Source: Pseudobdellovibrionaceae bacterium
GTDB lineage: Bacteria > Bdellovibrionota > Bdellovibrionia > Bdellovibrionales > Bdellovibrionaceae
Reading direction: 5' to 3'
DNA: 64,000 bases
NCBI GenBank assembly: GCA_039810425.1
Contig: JBDHWW010000009.1
Span: 19,446-83,445, forward strand
Below the pieces are notes generated by a model. The model did not search any database and was not told where the DNA came from. It saw only the letters and a program-made list of their open reading frames with translations. Below are positions 62,013 through 64,000 of the stretch, piece after piece. The first letter of the stretch is position 1. Each line of letters begins with the position of its first letter. A program made the translations under genes and the position numbers.

Positions 62013-63497
62013 CTATAATGTGGTTTCAGCGTCCTTTAGCCTGGGCAGCTCTTCGCTGAGAAGATACTCGATGACCTCCGTCGCACTATAAGACATGCGA
62101 CCACGTTTCATCATGCGTGAAACGTTGTTCAAGTCATCACCCGCTGTCAGCAAGTGGACTTCTTTAGCGCCGCCCGCTTGGATTTGCGCCATGCCGACAT
62201 CGGCCATCAAAGCATTACACAAGCACTTACGGCCCACAGTGTCCTCAACCAGACCACCTTTTTTCACGTAGTCCGCAACAGGCTCCGCAGGACAACGTTG
62301 GCCAACGGTTCCATCTTCTTTTTTATAGAGATGTCTTAAATAACCAAGATCGCAAATGCGTTTACGGGCTTCGTAAGTCGCAGGCTCAGAGATACTTCCA
62401 GGGATTCGCGCGGCTTTGAACGGGAAGCCCGTCGGAGAGGAACGCGGATCAGTAAAGATCCAACCACCCGGAGGAGGAGTTTCACTCATCACCGTGTGGA
62501 TCGCTTCTAAGCGTAATTTTGTATCTACCCCGGACTCATCCGAGAACGCAAACAGAGTGCCCACTTGAATCCCGTGCGCCCCCTGATCACGAACCGCTTT
62601 CATTTTCGCAGGAGTCGCATAATCCCCTGCCATCCAAAACGGCAGTTCCAGCGCCACCATGTCAGCAAGGGAGACCACGTCGCGCTCACCATAAATAGGC
62701 TCGCCACGTTCATTGAGTTTCATCGGTCCGCGCGGGGGAGCATTGTGTCCCCCTGCGAGAGGTCCTTCGACGATGAAACCGTCTACACGACCTGTGGACT
62801 TCTTTTTCAAGCTCGCTGCCAACACCGCCGAAGAAACGATCGGGAAAAAGAATGGGCGCTTCAGAGCTTGGAACTCCAGGCCTTCCATCACTTCTTTTGG
62901 ATCAAACCAAGAAACGACGTCATCGCCGCCCTCCACTGGGATTTTCAAACCGGCTTTTTCGTTGTTAGCGAAGGCATCGAGCGCCCCCGGAATTTCACGA
63001 GGAATCCCGGCGCCCATGATGACATAGTCCACGTCCGCAAGCATGGCCCCATACAAGCAAGCCAAGTTCGGTAAGTGAATTTTCTCAAGCAAGTTAATAC
63101 CGACCACTCCGCTGTGACCCTCCTTTGCGAGCCATACTTCGACGAAGCTCGACGCAACGGTCAGTTGTAAAAGCGCTTTTGGTGAATCCACCGAGAACAT
63201 CGGTGCACGCTTGTAAGCTTTGTCTGGGGCGCGACCGCCCTCGATGAAGTACGTCTCGAGGATTTTTTGAGCGACACTTGGTAAGGGAAATGCGGCAAGC
63301 GCACGTCGAACAGTTCCATCAATATCGCCATCTTGCAGACGGCGGACAATCACGGAGTTGATTGCGGTTCCTGAGACAATACCGAGCTGACCCGTTTTAG
63401 ATACGGTCCTCGCCAATTTCCAGTTCGAAACCGCGATTCCCATACCACCTTGAATAATAATTGGATGCTTGAAAGCCATCGATCCTCTTGTGCTCAT
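62013..63497 (-). CDS. Nitronate monooxygenase (2-nitropropane dioxygenase)-family flavoprotein
   Basis: PIIIQGGMGI.VS..LA, MGAGIP, EGP.AGGH, GIQVGT.F, CDLGYL...CLCNAL. Confidence 0.88.
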   Translation of the reverse strand: MSTRGSMAFKHPIIIQGGMGIAVSNWKLARTVSKTGQLGIVSGTAINSVIVRRLQDGDIDGTVRRALAAFPLPSVAQKILETYFIEGGRAPDKAYKRAPMFSVDSPKALLQLTVASSFVEVWLAKEGHSGVVGINLLEKIHLPNLACLYGAMLADVDYVIMGAGIPREIPGALDAFANNEKAGLKIPVEGGDDVVSWFDPKEVMEGLEFQALKRPFFFPIVSSAVLAASLKKKSTGRVDGFIVEGPLAGGHNAPPRGPMKLNERGEPIYGERDVVSLADMVALELPFWMAGDYATPAKMKAVRDQGAHGIQVGTLFAFSDESGVDTKLRLEAIHTVMSETPPPGGWIFTDPRSSPTGFPFKAARIPGSISEPATYEARKRICDLGYLRHLYKKEDGTVGQRCPAEPVADYVKKGGLVEDTVGRKCLCNALMADVGMAQIQAGGAKEVHLLTAGDDLNNVSRMMKRGRMSYSATEVIEYLLSEELPRLKDAETTL

Positions 63498-63836
63498 TGC
63501 TTTTTAATCAAACGCTTAATCATGGGCTCTAGTAGAACAAAAACTAAGCGCCTTCGCATCAGGATATCACCCCCCGACGCTAAAGCAAAAAAACACAAAC
63601 CTATGGAATTAGTAAAGAAAATAGTAGAAATTCTTTGCGAAAGCGCGCACCGGACAGTTTAAAAATAAATCGGGAAAATAATGTAGGAACAGGCGATCAA
63701 GGAGGTGCTCTTGGAAGCACAACGCCATTTACATCTTAAGGTACTGATTTAATTAGAAAATCGTATGACATTTTCATGACGAGCCAGAAAGCACCGGCCG
63801 CAGGGAGCCTTGTGCGCGATCGAGCTTTGCAAATGT

Positions 63837-63871
63837 CAAAAGCCCGACCGTGGAAAACTTACGGGCCTTTG
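63837..63871 (-). terminator. Probable terminator of a minus-strand transcript entering from the right edge
   Basis: Minus strand CAAAGGCCCG...CGGGCTTTTG hairpin. Confidence 0.55.
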
Positions 63872-64000
63872 TGTAATCTTACAGACCCGCTGTCAGCACA
63901 GAGATGAACCTCCCGCGCCGCAAGCGCTTACTATTACCCACAAGTTGAACCACCTTTGAACAGGACGTAGTCCTCTGCGATGTCATTGAGTCGCTGCCAA

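Noticed and set aside
63880..64000. tmRNA, RNase P, SRP or tRNA at the right edge
   Set aside because: No tRNA-like T-arm/CCA end, no ALAA-type tag, and no RNase P or SRP signature sequences visible.

Overview
This is a gene-dense 64-kb chromosomal segment from a Bdellovibrio-like predatory bacterium (Bdellovibrionota; inferred from gene content and synteny). In order it holds: an Rrf2-sufBCDS-nfu Fe-S operon; tolQRAB-glnE; a cyclophilin; a sigma54-preceded pair of orphan secreted proteins (937 aa + 238 aa); an MFS transporter; motAB; PAP2-SDR-mtgA; dusB-typA-nodIJ-like ABC genes; a sugar-dehydrogenase/cytochrome c/SH3 lipoprotein; a DUF2089 operon; a frameshifted MCP; an arginine/ornithine succinyltransferase-type operon coupled to mltG; a TPR-bamD-TPR-hpt operon; the Tad/Flp pilus cluster with an RHS/YD protein and a small disordered protein (the 'hit' host-interaction locus architecture); two divergent beta-barrel-like genes; groESL; and a nitronate monooxygenase-family gene. 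I found no rRNA, tRNA, CRISPR array or transposase. The least explained signals are: (i) a recurring TGTCTCA-N3-TGAGACA palindrome that co-occurs with sigma54-type promoters in front of uncharacterised secreted proteins, (ii) the 937-aa hydrophobic secreted protein and its partner, (iii) an unannotated 24-aa membrane peptide divergent from flp, (iv) a tandem palindromic sigma28 promoter, (v) a 30-bp element shared downstream of the cyclophilin gene and groEL, and (vi) a possibly structured RNA at the right edge. All family calls come from motif recognition and memory; no database search was run.
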